Origin: Mobula hypostoma
Taxonomy: Eukaryota
NCBI RefSeq assembly: GCF_963921235.1
Contig: NC_086108.1
Coordinates: 8,060,001-8,124,000, forward strand
Direction of reading: 5' to 3'
DNA: 64,000 nucleotides
Part shown: positions 22,791 through 36,621 of the stretch, piece by piece
Position numbering within the stretch: the stretch's first letter is position 1
Layout: each line of letters begins with the position of its first letter
Program-made: the position numbers and the translations under genes
The notes under the pieces: model-generated
What the model saw: only the letters and a program-made list of their open reading frames with translations
Told to the model about the DNA's origin: nothing
The model's database searches: none

Positions 22791-24358
22791 CAGTGCCTGT
22801 AAAAAGCATTCACATCCCTTGGAGGTTTTCTTGTTTTACAGTATTGAATCATAGTGAATTTAATTTGTTTTTTTGACACTGATCAACAGAAAAAGATTCT
22901 TTCAAGTCAAAATGAAAACAAATTTCTACAAGTTGGTCTAAATTTATTGCAATTATTAAACACAATATGACTGATTGCATAATTACATCACTCCCTTCAA
23001 GCCAGTATTTAGTAGATGCACCTTTGGCAGCAATTGCAGCCTTGAGTCTGTGTGGATAGGTCTCTATCAGCTTTTCATATCTGGACACTACAATTTTTCC
23101 CCATTCTTCTTTACAAAACTGCTCAAGCTCTGTCAGATTGCATGGGGATTGTGAGTGACAGCACTTTTCAAGTCCAGCCACAAATTCTTGGCCACTCCAG
23201 GACATTAACTTTGTTGTTTTTAAGCCATTCCTGTGTAGCTTTGGCTTTATGCTGGAGGTCATTGTCTTGTTGGAAAATAAATCTTCTTCCAAGTTGCAGT
23301 TCTTTTGTAGACTGCATCAAGTTTTCCTCCAGGATTTCTGTGCATTTTGCTTCATTCATTTTACCCTCTACCTTCACAAGCCTTCCAGGGCCTGCCGCAG
23401 TGAAGCATCCCCACAGCATGATGCAGCCACCACCATGCTTCACGGTAGGGATGCTGTGCTTTTGATGATGTGCAGTGCTTGGCTGATGGTCAACAAGCTC
23501 AATTTTGGTTTTATCAGACCTTAGCACCTTCTTCCAGCTGACTTCAAACTCTCCCACATGCCTTCTGGCAAACTCTAGCTGAGATTTCATGTGAGTTTTT
23601 TTCAATAGTGGCTTTCTCTTTGCCATTCTCCCAGAAAACTGTCTGTTGAAGCACTCGGGCAATGGTTGTTGTATATGCAGTCTCTCCCATCTCAGCTGCT
23701 GAAGCTTGTGACTCCTCCAGAGTTGTCATAGGTCTCTTGGTGGCCTCCCTCACTAGTCTCCTTCTTGCACGGTCACTCAGTTTTTGAGGACAGCCTGCTC
23801 TAGGCAGATTTACAGCAGTGCCATATTCTTTCCATTTCTTGATGATTGACTTATCTGTACTCCAGGGGATATTCAGTGACTTGGAAATTTTCTTGTATCC
23901 ATCTCCTGACTTGTGCTTTTCAATAACCTTTTCATGGAGTTGCTTGGAGTGTTCTTTTGTCTTCATGGTGTAGTTCTTGCCAGGATACTGACTCACCAGC
24001 AGTTGGACCTTCCAGCTACAGGTGTATTTTTACTACAATCAATTGAAACACCTTGACTGTATACAGATGATCTCTATTTAACTAATTATGTGACTTCTAA
24101 AACCAATTGGCTGCAGCAGTGAAGATTTGGTGTGTCATATTGAAGGGGACGAACATTTATGCAATCAATTATTTTGTGTTTTATATTTGTAATTAATTTA
24201 TATCACTTAGTAGAGATCTGTTTTCACTTTGACATGAAAAAGAATTTTTCTGTTGATCAGTGTCAAAAAAGCCAAATTAAATGCATTGTGATTCAATGTT
24301 GTAAAACAATAAAGCATGAAAACTTCTGGGGGGGGGTGAATACTTTTTATAGGCAAGG
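22791..24358 (-). mobile_element. Full-length degenerate Tc1 transposon (Passport-like)
   Basis: TA|CAGTGCC...|TA with long (~200-bp) TIRs. Frameshifted transposase from ATG 23966: MKTKEHSKQ...GYKKISKSLNIP...KHGGGCIMLWGCF...FQQDND...AKGASTKY. Confidence 0.93.
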
Positions 24359-24682
24359 TATGTTCTCCTCGCACTAATGCGATGCATGTTTGCACTGACT
24401 TGTACTCGTTCATCCACAGCCCACCATTTGCGCGGGTGTACAGCCGCTGCCTCACAGTTCCAGGGACACCGCCATCCCCCCCTCCCTTGCATGTTTGCTC
24501 CGAGCCTCCGGCACTTGGTGGGCCAAATGACGCAATTGTGCTGTTATGACTTATGGTCTTGTGGTAGGTTCTTTACACAGAGTGAAGGGTACGTACAAGA
24601 CACAGGAGTTCAAGAACATTAGGGGCATAGAATGAGACTTTCTCTCAGGGTGGAAATGGCTATTATGAGGGGGCATAGTTTT

Positions 24683-25935
24683 CTTTCTTTTTAAATCTTT
24701 TTATTGAGTAAGTATACAAAAAAGGTAAGCCATATAAACATTAATACAATGTTAAAGTATAATAAAATTCCAAAAGATAACAATACCAAAAAGAAAATAC
24801 TACAAACAATGTAATTTAAGCATAAGAAACCAAGATAACCAAGTATACTAGATTTTATATATATCAATGGAAAAAAAAGAAAAAAAAAACCCCAAAAAAA
24901 AACCCACCGTGCAACTAACTAAAAGCAAAGCAAAGCAATGGGCTAACTTGAAACCAAACAGAGTTAAACTTAAAATCACGTCCTCAATCCCGACCTCCAT
25001 TAAAACAGTGAAAAAAGAACAAGAAGGGTAAATATTACATTAAATGAAAATATCGAATAAAAGGTCCCCAAATCTGTTCAAATTTAAATGAAGAATCATA
25101 AAGGTTACTTCTAATTTTCTCCAGATTCAAACATAAAATCGTCTGAGAAAACCAAAAAAAGGTAGTTGGAGCATTAAGCTCTTTCCAATGTTGTAAAATA
25201 CATCTTTTCGCCATCAAAGTAAGAAATGCAATCATTCTACGGGCTGAAGGGGAAAGATTACTAGAAATTTTAGGTAGTCCAAAGATAGCAGTAATAGGGT
25301 GAGGAGAGATATCTATATTTAATACCTTAGAAATAATATTGAAAATATCTCTCCAAAAAGTTTCCAAAGTAGGGCAAGACCAAAACATATGAGTTAAAGA
25401 GGCTATCTGCCCCGAACATCTATCACAGAAAGGATTAATATGCATGTAAAAACGCGCTAACTTATCTTTGGACATATGTGCTCTATGAACCACTTTAAAT
25501 TGAATTAGGGAATGTTTAGCACAAATAGAGGAAGTATTAACTAATTGTAAAATCTGCCCCCAATCATCCACAGAAATGATAAGCCCCAATTCCTGTTCCC
25601 AATCTACCCTAATCTTATCAAATGGAGCTTTCCTAAGTTTCATAATAATATTATAAATCATAGCCGATGCACCTTTCTGACATGGATTAAGGTTAATTAT
25701 CGAATCTAAAATATATATAGGAGGAAGCATTGGAAAGGAAGAAAGTATAGTACTTAGGAAATTTCTAACTTGTAAATATCTAAAAAAATGTATTCTTGAT
25801 AAGTTATATTTATTAGATAATTGTTCAAAAGACATAAGGGAACCATCTAAAAATAAATCCAAAAACCGTAAAATACCCTTAGTCTTCCAAGTTTGAAAAG
25901 CGCGATCCGTAAAAGAGGGAGGAAAAAATATGTTA
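24683..25935 (-). mobile_element. 5'-truncated L1-clade LINE
   Basis: ORF 25035-25862 has the CDRC-x8-HMFWSC zinc knuckle. AATAAA and an A-rich tail. 16-bp TSD GAGGGGGCATAGTTTT (24667-24682, 25936-25951) at a TTTT/AA site. Confidence 0.92.
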
Positions 25936-26672
25936 GAGGGGGCATAGTTTTAAGGTGTTTGGAGGAGAACATAGGGGGGAGTATCAGAGGTAAGATTTTT
26001 ATACACAGAGTGCTGGTTGCATGGATCGTCCTGCCAGAGACGGTGGAAAAGGTAGATCCATACTCCTAGATAGGCATGTGGACGAAAGAAAACTGGAGGG
26101 CTCTGTAGGTGGGAAGGGTTAGACCTGAGAGAAAGTTACAAGGTTAGCACAACACCGTGTGGTCAAAGGGCCTGTACTGTGCTGTAATGAGTTTTAGAGA
26201 TGAAGTCCTTCTGGCCGTTGGACCATACTGTCCCGTGACCCACCTATTTAACCCTCACCTAATCATGGCACAATAGAGGATGTCTGACTAACTTGCCCTT
26301 TGGACTGTGGGAGGAAAGCTGGAGCAGCCCGGAGGATCGGCACTTCCACGGGGAAGGTGTACACAGACTCAAAGATTCAAAATAAATTCATTATCAAAGT
26401 GTGCACAGTATCTATAAAAAGCATTCACCCTCACTTGGAAGTTTTCATCTTTTATTGTTTTAAAACATTGAATCACAAAGGATTTAATTTGGCTTTTTTT
26501 TGACACTGATCAACAGAAAAAGACTTTAACATCAAAGTGAAAACAAATCTCTACAAAATCATCTAAATTAATTACAAATATAAAACATAAAATAACTGAT
26601 TGCATAAATATTCACTCCCTCCCCCTTAATATGACAGATCAAATAATCACTGATGCAGACAATTGGTTTTAA

Positions 26673-27027
26673 AACATAGAAACATGGGAAACCTACAGCA
26701 CAATACAGGCCCTTCAGCCCACAAAGCTGTGCCGAACATGTCCTTACCTTAGAAATTACCTAAGGTTACCCATAGCCCTCTATTTTTCTAAGCTCTATGT
26801 ACCCATCCAGGAGTCTCTTAAATCGTATCTGCCTCCACCACCGTCGCTGGCAGCCCATTCCATGCACTCACTACTCTCTGTGTTTCTTTTTAAAAAACCT
26901 TACCCCTGACACCTCCTCTGTATCTACTTCCAAGCACCTTAAAACTGTACCTTCTTGTGCTAGCCATTTCAGTCCTGGGAAAAAGCCTCTGACTATCCAC
27001 ATGATCAATACCTCTCATCTTACACAC
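26673..27027 (-). mobile_element. CR1 3' fragment nested in the Tc1
   Basis: CR1 tail and ORF end; comparison with Tc1 copy 1 shows the interruption. Confidence 0.8.
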
Positions 27028-27386
27028 AAAGTCACATAATTAGTTAAATGGAAATCTGTTTTGGGAGACCTGTGTGCAGTCAAGGTGTTTCAATTGATTG
27101 TAGTAAAAATACACTTGTATCTGGAAGGTCCAACTGCTGGTGTGTTAGTATCCTGGCAAAAACTACTCCATGAAGACAAAAGAACACTCCAAACAACTCT
27201 GCGAAAAGGTTATTGAAATCACAAGTCAGGAGATGGTTACAAGAAAATTTCCAAGTCACTGAATATCCCCTGGAGTACAGATAAGTCAATCGTCAAGAAA
27301 TGGAAAGAATATGGCTCAGCTGTAAATCTGCCTAGAGCAGGCCGTCCTCAAAAACTGAGTGACCGTGCAAGAAGGGCACTGGTGAG

Positions 27387-30300
27387 ACCATAAGATATAG
27401 GAGGAGAAGTAGGCTATTCGGCCCATTGAGTCTACTCCACCATTCAATCATTGGCTGATCCAATTCTGCCAGTCATCCCCACTCCCCTGCCTTCTCCCAA
27501 TATCCTTTGATGCCCTGGTTAATCAAGAACTTATCTGTCTCTACCTTAAATGCACCCAATGACTTGGCCTCCACAGCCACTCGTGGCAACAAACTCCACA
27601 GATTTACCATCCTCTGACTAAAGTAATTTCTCCGCACTCTCAGTTCTAAATGGACATCCTTCAATCCTGAAGTCGAGCCCTCTTGTCCTAGGCTCCCCTA
27701 CAATGGGAAATAACTTTGCCATATCTAATCTCTTCAAGCCTTTTAACATTTGGAATGTTTCTATGAGATCCCCCCTCATTCTCCTGAACTCCAAGGAATA
27801 CAGCTCAAGAGCTACCAGATGTTCCTCATACAGTAACCCTTTCATTCCTGGAATCATTTTTGTGAATCTTTTCTGAACCCTCTCCAATGTCAGTATGTAC
27901 TTTCTAAAATAAGGAGCCCAAAACTGCACACAATACTTTGTGTGGTCTCACGAGTGCCTTATAAAGACTCAATATCACATCCCTGCTCTTATATTCTATA
28001 CCTCTAGAAATGAATACTAACAATGCATTCGCCTTCTTCACAACCGACCCAACCTGGAGGTTAACCTTTAGGGTATCCTGCACAAGGACTCCCAAGTCCC
28101 TTTGCATTTCTGCATTTTGATATTCTCTGCCCATCTAAATAATAGTCTGCCCATTTATTTCTTCCACCAAAGTGCATGACCATACACTTTCCAACATTGT
28201 ATTTCATTTGCCATTTCATTGCCCATTCCCCTAAACTATCTGTCTCTCAGCAGGCTCTCTGTTTCCTCAACACTATCCGCTCCTTGATCTATCTTTGTAT
28301 CATTGGCAAATTTAGCCACAAATCCATTAATCCCATAGTACAAATCATTCACATACATCGTAAAAAACAGCAGTCCCAACACTGACCCCTGTGGAACTCC
28401 ACTGGTAACCGGCAGCCAGCCAGAATAGGATCCCTTTATTCCCATTCTCAGTTTTCTGCCAACCAGCTAATGCTCTACCCATGCTAGTAACTTCCCTGTA
28501 ATTCCATGGGCTCTTATCTTGCTAAACAGCCTCCTGTGTGGCACTTCGTCAAAGGCCTTCTGAAAATTCAAGTACACCACATCCACTGCAATACCCTTTG
28601 TCTACCCTGCTCGTAAGGTTAGTCAGGCAGGATTTTCCTTTCAGGAAACCATGCTGGCTTTGGCCTATCTTGTCATGTGCCTCCAGGTACTCCATAATTT
28701 CCCTAACAATCGATTCCAACAACTTCCCAACCACTGATGTCAGGCTAACAGGTCTATAGTTTCCTTTCTACTGCCTCCCACCCTTCTTAAATAGTGGAGT
28801 AACATTTGCAATTTTCCAGTCATCCGGTACAATGCCAGAATGTATTGAATCTTGAAAGATCATTGTTAATGCCTCTGCAATCTCTCCAGCTACCTCCTTC
28901 AGAACCCAAAGGTGCATTCCATCAGGTCCAGGCGATTTATCCACCCTCAGACCATTAAGCTTCCTGAGCACCTTCTCAGTCGTAATTTTCACTGCACATA
29001 CTTCTCTTCCCTAACACTCTTGAATGTCCAGTATACTGCAGATGTCTTCCACTGTGAAGACTGATGCAAAATATGCATTCAGTTCCTCTGCCATCTCTGC
29101 ATCTCTCATTACAATATCTCCAGCGTCATTTTTTATTGGTCCTATATCTACCCTCAACTCTCTTTTACCCTTTATATACTTAAAAAAAAGCTTTTAGTGT
29201 CTCCTTTGATATTAGTCACCAGCTTCCTTTCATAATCCATCTTTTCCTTCCTAATGACCTTCTTAATTTCCTTCTGCAAGTTTTTAAAAGCTCCCCAATC
29301 CTCTATCTTCCCACTAGCTTTGACTTCCTTGTATGCCCTCTCTTTTGCTTTTACTTTGGCTCTGACTTCACTTGTCAGCCACGGTAGTGTCCTCCTTCCA
29401 TCCGAAAATTTATTCTTATTTGGAATACGTCTGTCTTGCACTTCCCTCATTTTTCACAGAAACTCCAGCCATTGCTTCTCTGCTGCCCTTCTTGCTAGTG
29501 TCCCTTTGGCCAGTTCCCCTCTTGTGGCATTGTAATTTCCTTTATTCCACTGAAAAACCGATACATAGGAATTTGGTTTCTCCTTCTCAAATTTCAAAGT
29601 GAACTCAATCGTATTGTGGTCACTGTTCCCAAAGGGTTCCTTAACCTTAAGCTCTCTTATCACCTCCGGATCATTGCACAACACCCAATCCATCCCTAGT
29701 CAGCTCAACAACAAGCTGTTATAAAAAGTCATCCCTTAGACAATCTACAAATTCTCTCTTGAGGTTTAGTACTGGCCTAGGTTTCCCAATCCACTTTCAT
29801 GTTAAAATCCCCAATGATTATCATGACATTGCCCTTCTGACACGCCTTTTCTATCTCCTGCTGTATGTAATCCACATCCCGGCTGCTGTTTGGAGGCCTG
29901 TATACTACTGCCATTAGGGTCCTTTTACCTTTGCCATTTCTTAACTCAACCCATAGAGACTCTACACCTTCTGATCATATGTCATCCCTTTCTAATGGTT
30001 TAATATTATTTCTTACACACAGGGCTACAACCACCCCGCTGCCTACTAACCTATCTTTCAGATACACTGTAAATCCTTGGACGTTCAGCTCCTTTAGCCA
30101 AGTTTCAGAGATGGCCACAATGTCATACTTGCCAATCTGTAGCTGAATTTCAAGATCGTCCATTTTATTTCTTATGCTGCATGTATTCAAATATAACGCT
30201 CTCAGTCCAGTATTTGCTTTCTGTTTTAACTGCACCACACCTCTATTGCCCTGTAACTCATCCCACTGGCTGTGATTATGCCTCATCTCCTGCCTGTCCT

Positions 30301-31475
30301 TTCTATCATCTCTGTTGCATGCCGTCTTTGATTTATTTCTGTTTCTCCCTTCCTCAGCCCTATCACTCCGGTTCCCATCCCCCTGCCAAATTAGTTTAAA
30401 CCCTCCCTGACAGCTCTATTAAACCTGCTCGCTAGGATATTGGACCTCTTTGGGTTCAGGTGTAACCCATCCTTTTTGTATAGGTCGTACCTCCGCCAGA
30501 AGAGGCCCCAATGATCCAGGAACCCGAAGCCCTGTCCCCTAAACCAGTCTCTCAGCCACACATGCTATTCTTGCACTCGCTAGCACGTGGTACAGGCAGC
30601 AATCCTGAGATTACTACCCTGGAGCTCCTGCTTTTCAGCTTCCTACCCAACTCCCTGAATTCTCTCTTCAGGACCTCCTCCCTTTTTCTACCTATATCAT
30701 TGGTAGCAATGTGTACCAAGACTTCTGGCTGCTCACCCTCTCCCTTCAGAATACTCTGTACCCAATCCGAGACATCCCGTACCCTGGCACCTGGGAGGCA
30801 ACACACCATGCGGGTATCTCTATCAGGCTGACAGACCCTCCTGCCTGTTCCCTTCACTGTGGAGTCCCCTATGACTCCGCCATTCCTCATCTTCTCTCCC
30901 TTCTGCAGCACGTAACCAGGCTCAGTGCTAGAGACTCAATCACCATGGTTGTCCTCTGTCACGTCACCCCCCCACAACGGCATCCAAAATGAGATAATGA
31001 TTACTGAGGGGAATGCTCTCTACTATCTGAGCTCTTCCCACCCCTCCCCTGTCAGTCACCCACTTATCTAGCTCCTGCAGCCTTGGGGTGACTAACCCCT
31101 TGTAGCTCCTACCTATCTCCTGCTCACTTTCCCTGATAAGCTGTAGGTCCAGATCCCTAACGCAGTCTCACAGGAGCTGCATCTCGGTGCACCTGGCGCA
31201 GATGTGGCCATCTGGGAGACTGGAAGATTCCCAGGATTCCCACATCTGACACCCAGAGCAAAACACTAACCCTACAGACATGCTCTTTATTCCTCAAGAA
31301 ATGCAAGGGGAAAAAAATGAAGTCCACTTACCCACTTACCTCGCCAAAGCCCGAATGAGCCAAAGCCCTACCGCCCTGACTCAGACCGCTCCTGACGATG
31401 ACCACTCTGCTAGGCAGTGTCTCCCTTTTGTACCTGTACCCTCCCTGCTCTCCAACACACAACTGGTGCTCCAGT
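27387..31475 (-). mobile_element. Near full-length degenerate CR1 (ORF1 esterase and ORF2 EN/RT)
   Basis: ORF1 VIGDS...CLPGARVRD...VHIATND (SGNH-like). ORF2 LYLN..SIRNK, SDHN, KSPGPDG, SGVPQGSVLG. Possible TSD TGGTGAG/TAGTGAG. Confidence 0.92.
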
Positions 31476-32049
31476 TAGTGAGGGAGGCTGCCAGGAGACC
31501 TATAACAACTCTGGAGGAGTTACAAGCTTCAGTGGCTGAGATGGGAGAGACTGCGCAAACAACAACTGTTGTCCGGGTGCTTCACCAGTCACAGCTTTAT
31601 GGGAGAGTGGCAAAGAGAAAGCCACTGTTGAAAAAAAACTCCCATGAAATCTCAGCTGGTGTTTGTCAGAAGGCATGTGGAAGACTCTGAAGTCAGCTGG
31701 AAGAAGGTTCTATCACCTGAAACCAAAACTGAGCTTTTTGGCCATCACACTAAACACTATGTTTGACATAAGCCAAACACCACACATCATCAAACACACA
31801 CCATCCCTACTGTGAAGCATGGGGGTGGCTGCGTCAATCTATGGGGATGCTTCACTGCACCAGGCCCTGGAAGGCCCTGGAAGGTAGAGAGGAAAATGAA
31901 TGCAGCAAAGTACAAGGAATTCCTGGAGCAGTCTGCAAGAGAGCTGCAACTTGGGAGTAGATTTGTTCTTTTAGCAAGACAATAACCCCAAGCATAAAGC
32001 CAAAGCTACACAGGAATGGCTTAAAAGTTAATGTCCTGAAGTGACTGTG

Positions 32050-32765
32050 CACGTCTCCAAAAGCAGATCTCCATTTAACCATCAGCGCAGGAGTTGAGTG
32101 GGCGAGGTGGTCCCGACCCTCCAAGCAGACCATTGCCTTTGTCAGAGCTGGGGAGCAGCCAATACCTGTCAAAAGAACATCTGCAGGCATTCTGACCTCT
32201 GCAAGGGACTGGCAGCTGTTGGTGGACCTCGAAGGGCAGCTGAAGTTCCCCAACCATATCGCAGCCACCACCCTGCGACCAGACATTGTCCTAGTGTCTG
32301 AGTCTACTAAGCAAGTGGTGCTGCTGGAGCTGACAGTCCCATGGGAAGATAGCTTGGAAGAGGCCTTTGAAAGGAAGCTCTCCAAGTACGCAGGACTGGT
32401 CAGCAACTGTCAGCAGGCTGGATGGAGAGCAAGGAGTCTCCCAGTGGAAGTTGGTTGTAGGGGGTTCATTGCCCGTTCTTTAGTTAGAGCCTTCAGCATT
32501 TTGGGCATCGAGGGAGAGAGGAGGAGGAGAGCCATCCGCAGTACCACCGATGCGGCAGAGAGGGCCTCAAGATGGCTGTGGCTCAAAAGAGGGGAGCCAT
32601 GGAGTCATAAGTAGCTAGCCATCTGGACACAAGCTGGGGTCTGATCAGCCCCGGCTGGGTCACCTAGAGGAGGTTGTATGATGTTGAAAGACCCGAAACA
32701 CCCGATGATTCCAGGAACATCACTGAAGATGTGTCCGGAAGCATCAATAGATGTATGTACACAGC
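32050..32765 (+). mobile_element. 3' fragment of a HERO-like (R2 group, restriction-like endonuclease) retrotransposon
   Basis: Open frame from about 32075 to 32614: DWQLLVDL...LRPDIVL...LLELTVPWE...ERKLSKY...PVEVGCRGF (PD..E..K-KY RLE domain), then a ~150-nt 3' UTR. Confidence 0.85.
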
Positions 32766-33322
32766 AAAGGGGTTGAATACTTAGGCAATCAATTATTTTG
32801 TGTTTTATATTTGTAATTAATTTAGATCACTATAGAGATGTTTTCACTTTGATATAAAAAAGTCTTTTTCTGTTGATCAGTGTCAAAAAAAACAAATAAA
32901 ATCCACTGTGATTCAATGTTGTAAAATAATAAAGCATGAGAACTTCAAAGAAGTGGGTGCCTACTTTTTATCGGCATTCAACCCCGAGATTTGTCTTCCC
33001 ACAGGCAGCCACGAAACAAAGAAAGGAAAGCCATATAACCTGTTCAAAGAGAAACATCAAAGACCCAACGCACGAAAGAAAAGAGCACAAACAGCAGCCC
33101 ACTAACCCTTACAGGCAGCGCTGGAATGGAACTCTAAACTGTGATGCCCCGAGCTGTAATAAGCACTGTGCTAACCGCGATACTAATGTTCGCGTCCCGG
33201 TGTCACGACAGGGCAGCTCCAACCACCTGTCTTTCAGAAGGTCATAGAATCACGCAGCCCAGAAAGGGGCCATTTGTGCTGACCAAATGACCATCCCACG
33301 TTTGGCCCATATCCCTCTAAAC

Positions 33323-33375
33323 CAGGGGTCCACGGACACATTGGTTCATGGCCTAACAAAGGTCGGGAACCCCTG
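33323..33375. mobile_element. Tiny hAT-like MITE in a CR1 tail
   Basis: CAGGGGT...ACCCCTG termini; degenerate 8-bp TSD CTCTAAAC/CTCGAGAC. Confidence 0.55.
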
Positions 33376-34125
33376 CTCGAGACCTTTCCTACCCATGTAC
33401 CTATATTCTGCAGATGCTGGAAAGCCGGAACAACACACACACACACAAAATGCTGGAGGAATGCGGGCAGTCTAAACATCCAGCTTGTTTTTTAAATGCG
33501 GAACAGGTCCTTCCGTCTCTTGGGGCAGCGTCATCCAGCAACCCACCGATTTGTCCCTAATCACGGGACAAGTTGCAAAGAACCCACTAAGTGGTCCGTC
33601 TTTGGACTGAGAGAGAAAACCGGAGGAAAACACACAGGAAGAGATGTACAAACCTGCATGAAGAAGAACCCAGAATTTAACTCTGAACTCTGATGCTCCC
33701 GAGCTGTAATAGTGTTGCGTCTCAGCCTGATACATCGACTGTTTACTGTTTTCCATAGATGCTGCCTGACCTGCTGAGTTCCTCCAGCATTTTGTGTGTC
33801 ACATACCACAGATAAAGGCCCTTCTGCCCTTCTGCTCCATGCCAACCCAAAGCCCAGCTAAGCCTGTCGCATTTGCCAATGTTTGACCGGTATCGCTCTA
33901 AGCCTTTCCTATCCAGGTGTATGTTGAAGTCTCTTTTAAATGTTGTTAATATACCTCCCTCAGCCTCTCTCAACTCCCTCAACCTCAGTTCCATCTGTGG
34001 GTACACTCCAGATGAAAACATTCCTCATTCCCCCCCACCTTAAAGTTTTGCCCTCCAGTCTTTGACTTGCAGCCTGGGGAAAAGGACAGTGTTCTTTCAC
34101 CCCTCGTGATTTTACATAAGTCTGT

Positions 34126-34416
34126 ACACTCTGTGGCCACTTTATGAGATGCCCATTCACACAAATATCTAATCAGCCAATCATATGGCAGCAACTCAAT
34201 GCATAAAAGCATGCAGACATTGTCAAGAGTTTCAGTGGTTTTTCAGACCAAACATCAGAATGGGGAAGAAATGTGATCTGTGACTTTGACCATGGAATGA
34301 TCGTTTGTGCCAGACTGAGTGGATTCAGTATCTCAGAAACTGCTGATCTATGGGGGTTTTCACGCACAACAGTCTCTAGAGTTTACAGAGAATGGTGTCA
34401 GAAAGGAACAACATCC
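34126..34416 (+). mobile_element. Tc1-like transposon 5' fragment (different family)
   Basis: From ATG 34260 a degenerate MGKKCDL...ISETADL.GFSRTTVSRVYREW helix-turn-helix N-terminus. Confidence 0.7.
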
Positions 34417-34514
34417 TGTGGAATTCATTGCCACTGACAGATGTTGAGGCCATCATTGTGTATTTCTTGGAATGGAGGGACATTGCTTTAGAACACAGAT
34501 AAGGAATCTCTTTG

Positions 34515-35678
34515 TTCAGAATCAGAATCAGGTTTATTATCACTGGCATGTGTCGTGATATTTGTTAACTTAGCAGCAGCAGTTCAATGCAATACATGAT
34601 ATAGAAGAAGAAGAAGGAAAAGATAATAAAATAGTAAGTAAATCAATTACAGTATACATATATTGAATAGATTAAAAATTGTGCAAAATACAGAAATAAT
34701 ATATGATAAAAAAGTGAGGTAGTGTCCAAGGATTCAATGTCCATTTAGGAATCAGATGGCAGAGGGGAAGAAGCTGTTCCTGAATTGCTGAGTGTGTGCC
34801 TTCAGGCTTCTGTACCTCTTTTGTGATGGTAACAGTGAGAAAAGGGCATGCCCTGGATGTTGGAGGTCCTTAATAATGGACGCTGCTTTTCCGAGACACC
34901 ACTCCTTGAAGAAGTCCTGGGTACTTTGTAGGCTAGTGCCCATGATGGAGCAGACTAAATTTACAATCCTCTGCAGCTTCTTTTGGTCCTGTGCAGTAAC
35001 ACCATCACCCCGCCCCCCCCCCCCACCCCCATACCAGACAGTGATGCAGCCTGTCAGAATTCTCTCCACGGTAGAAGTTTTTGAGTACTTGTTGACAAAC
35101 CTAAGTCTCTTCAAACTCCTAATGAAGTATAGCCGCTACCTTGCCTTCTTTATAACTGCATCACTATGTTAGGTCCTCAGGGATACTGACACCCAGGAAC
35201 TTGAAGCTGCTCACTCTCCACTTCTGATCCCTCTATGAAGATTGGTATGTTTTCCTTTGTCTTACCCTTCCTGAAGTCCACAATCAGCTCTTTCTTCTTA
35301 CTGACATTGAGTGCCAGGTTGTTGCTGTAGCACCACTCCACTAGTTGGCATATCTCACTCCTGTACGGCCTCTTGTCACCACCTGAGATTCTACCAACAA
35401 TGGTTGTATCGTCAGCAAATTTATAGACAGTATTTGAGCTATGCCTAGCCACACAGTCATGGGTATATAGAGAGTAGAGCAGTGGGCTAAGCACACACCC
35501 CTGAGGTGCGCCAGTGTTGATCGTCAGCAAGGAGGAGATGTTATCACTAGTCCACGCAGATTGTTGTCTTCCAGTTAGGAAGTTGAGGATCCAATTGCAG
35601 AGGGAGGTACAGAGGCCCAGGTTCTGCAACTTCTCAATCAGGATAGTGGGAATGATGGTATGAAATTCTGAGCTATTT
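34515..35678 (-). mobile_element. Rex1/Babar RT fragment
   Basis: [46 protein letters not shown], plus tail. Confidence 0.92.
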
Positions 35679-36621
35679 GCAGAGGGTGCTGAGTCTGTGG
35701 AATTCATTGCCATTGACAGCCGTGGAGGCCCTGTCATTGGGTATATTTAAAGTGGACATTGATAGGTTCTTAATAAGTAAGGGCATCAAAGATTACAGGG
35801 AGAAGGCAGGAGAATGGAGTTGAGAGGGATAATGAATTGTCCATGATGGAATGGCAGAACAGACTTGATGGGCTGAATGGCCTAATTCTGCTCCTACATC
35901 TTATGGTTTTATGGTCTTAACCCTAATTACCATAGTATAACAACACTGAAATTGATTTTTTGTTCAAATTTGTTCTTTCTTGTAAAATTAATTTATATTC
36001 AATTATGACTTTTGTCAACGCAACTTGTCTGATGCTGCCGCAAGTGAGTAAGTTTGTCCTCTGCACAAGTCCATGTGTGCAGAGGACAATAAGCTCGACT
36101 TTCACTTGACCATCAGCTCTGAGTGGTGGTTCAGTCTTTCTGGCAGTGTGGGTTAGGAAGTTATTCTGTCTGTGAATTTAACATCAGTTATTTGTTAAGT
36201 TAACTTGATTAAGTGGTTAATTTCCTCCATCTCATTGAAGTCAATTACATTCAATGGGTTTGGGGTCAAATTACAAACCAGGCAAGGGCAACAGGCTTCC
36301 TCCCTGAAGAACATTAGTGATCTGCCAGGTTTTTAACAATGAAAGCCAAAAGCTCCTGATGAAGCACTGACTGATTATTTCCTTCCATTAATACTGCCTG
36401 ACCCGTTGTGTTTCTCCAGCATTTTATACAATGCTCTGAAAGAGAACTTAGGATGAGCATTATTTGTCACACATACAGTACATTGAAACATACAGTGAAA
36501 TGTATGGGTCGGGTCAGGTACAGGCCAAATTAGGGCAGCGGGGCCTGAGAGGACATCGAACTGCATGCCCTGGGTTCGAGAGTAAGGGACGACCCGAGGT
36601 TTGGCTGATACAAGCGCTGGG

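Larger units (their letters stand above)
26406..32978 (+). mobile_element. Second Passport-like Tc1 copy, fragmented by three insertions
   Basis: Left TIR at 26406; ATG at 27170 (MKTKEHSKQ). Transposase resumes at 31476-32045; right TIR about 32770-32978. Confidence 0.88.

Noticed and set aside
32690..32736. Hammerhead in the HERO-like 3' UTR (GAAAC and CTGAAGA present)
   Set aside because: The core motifs are not linked by stems in hammerhead topology.
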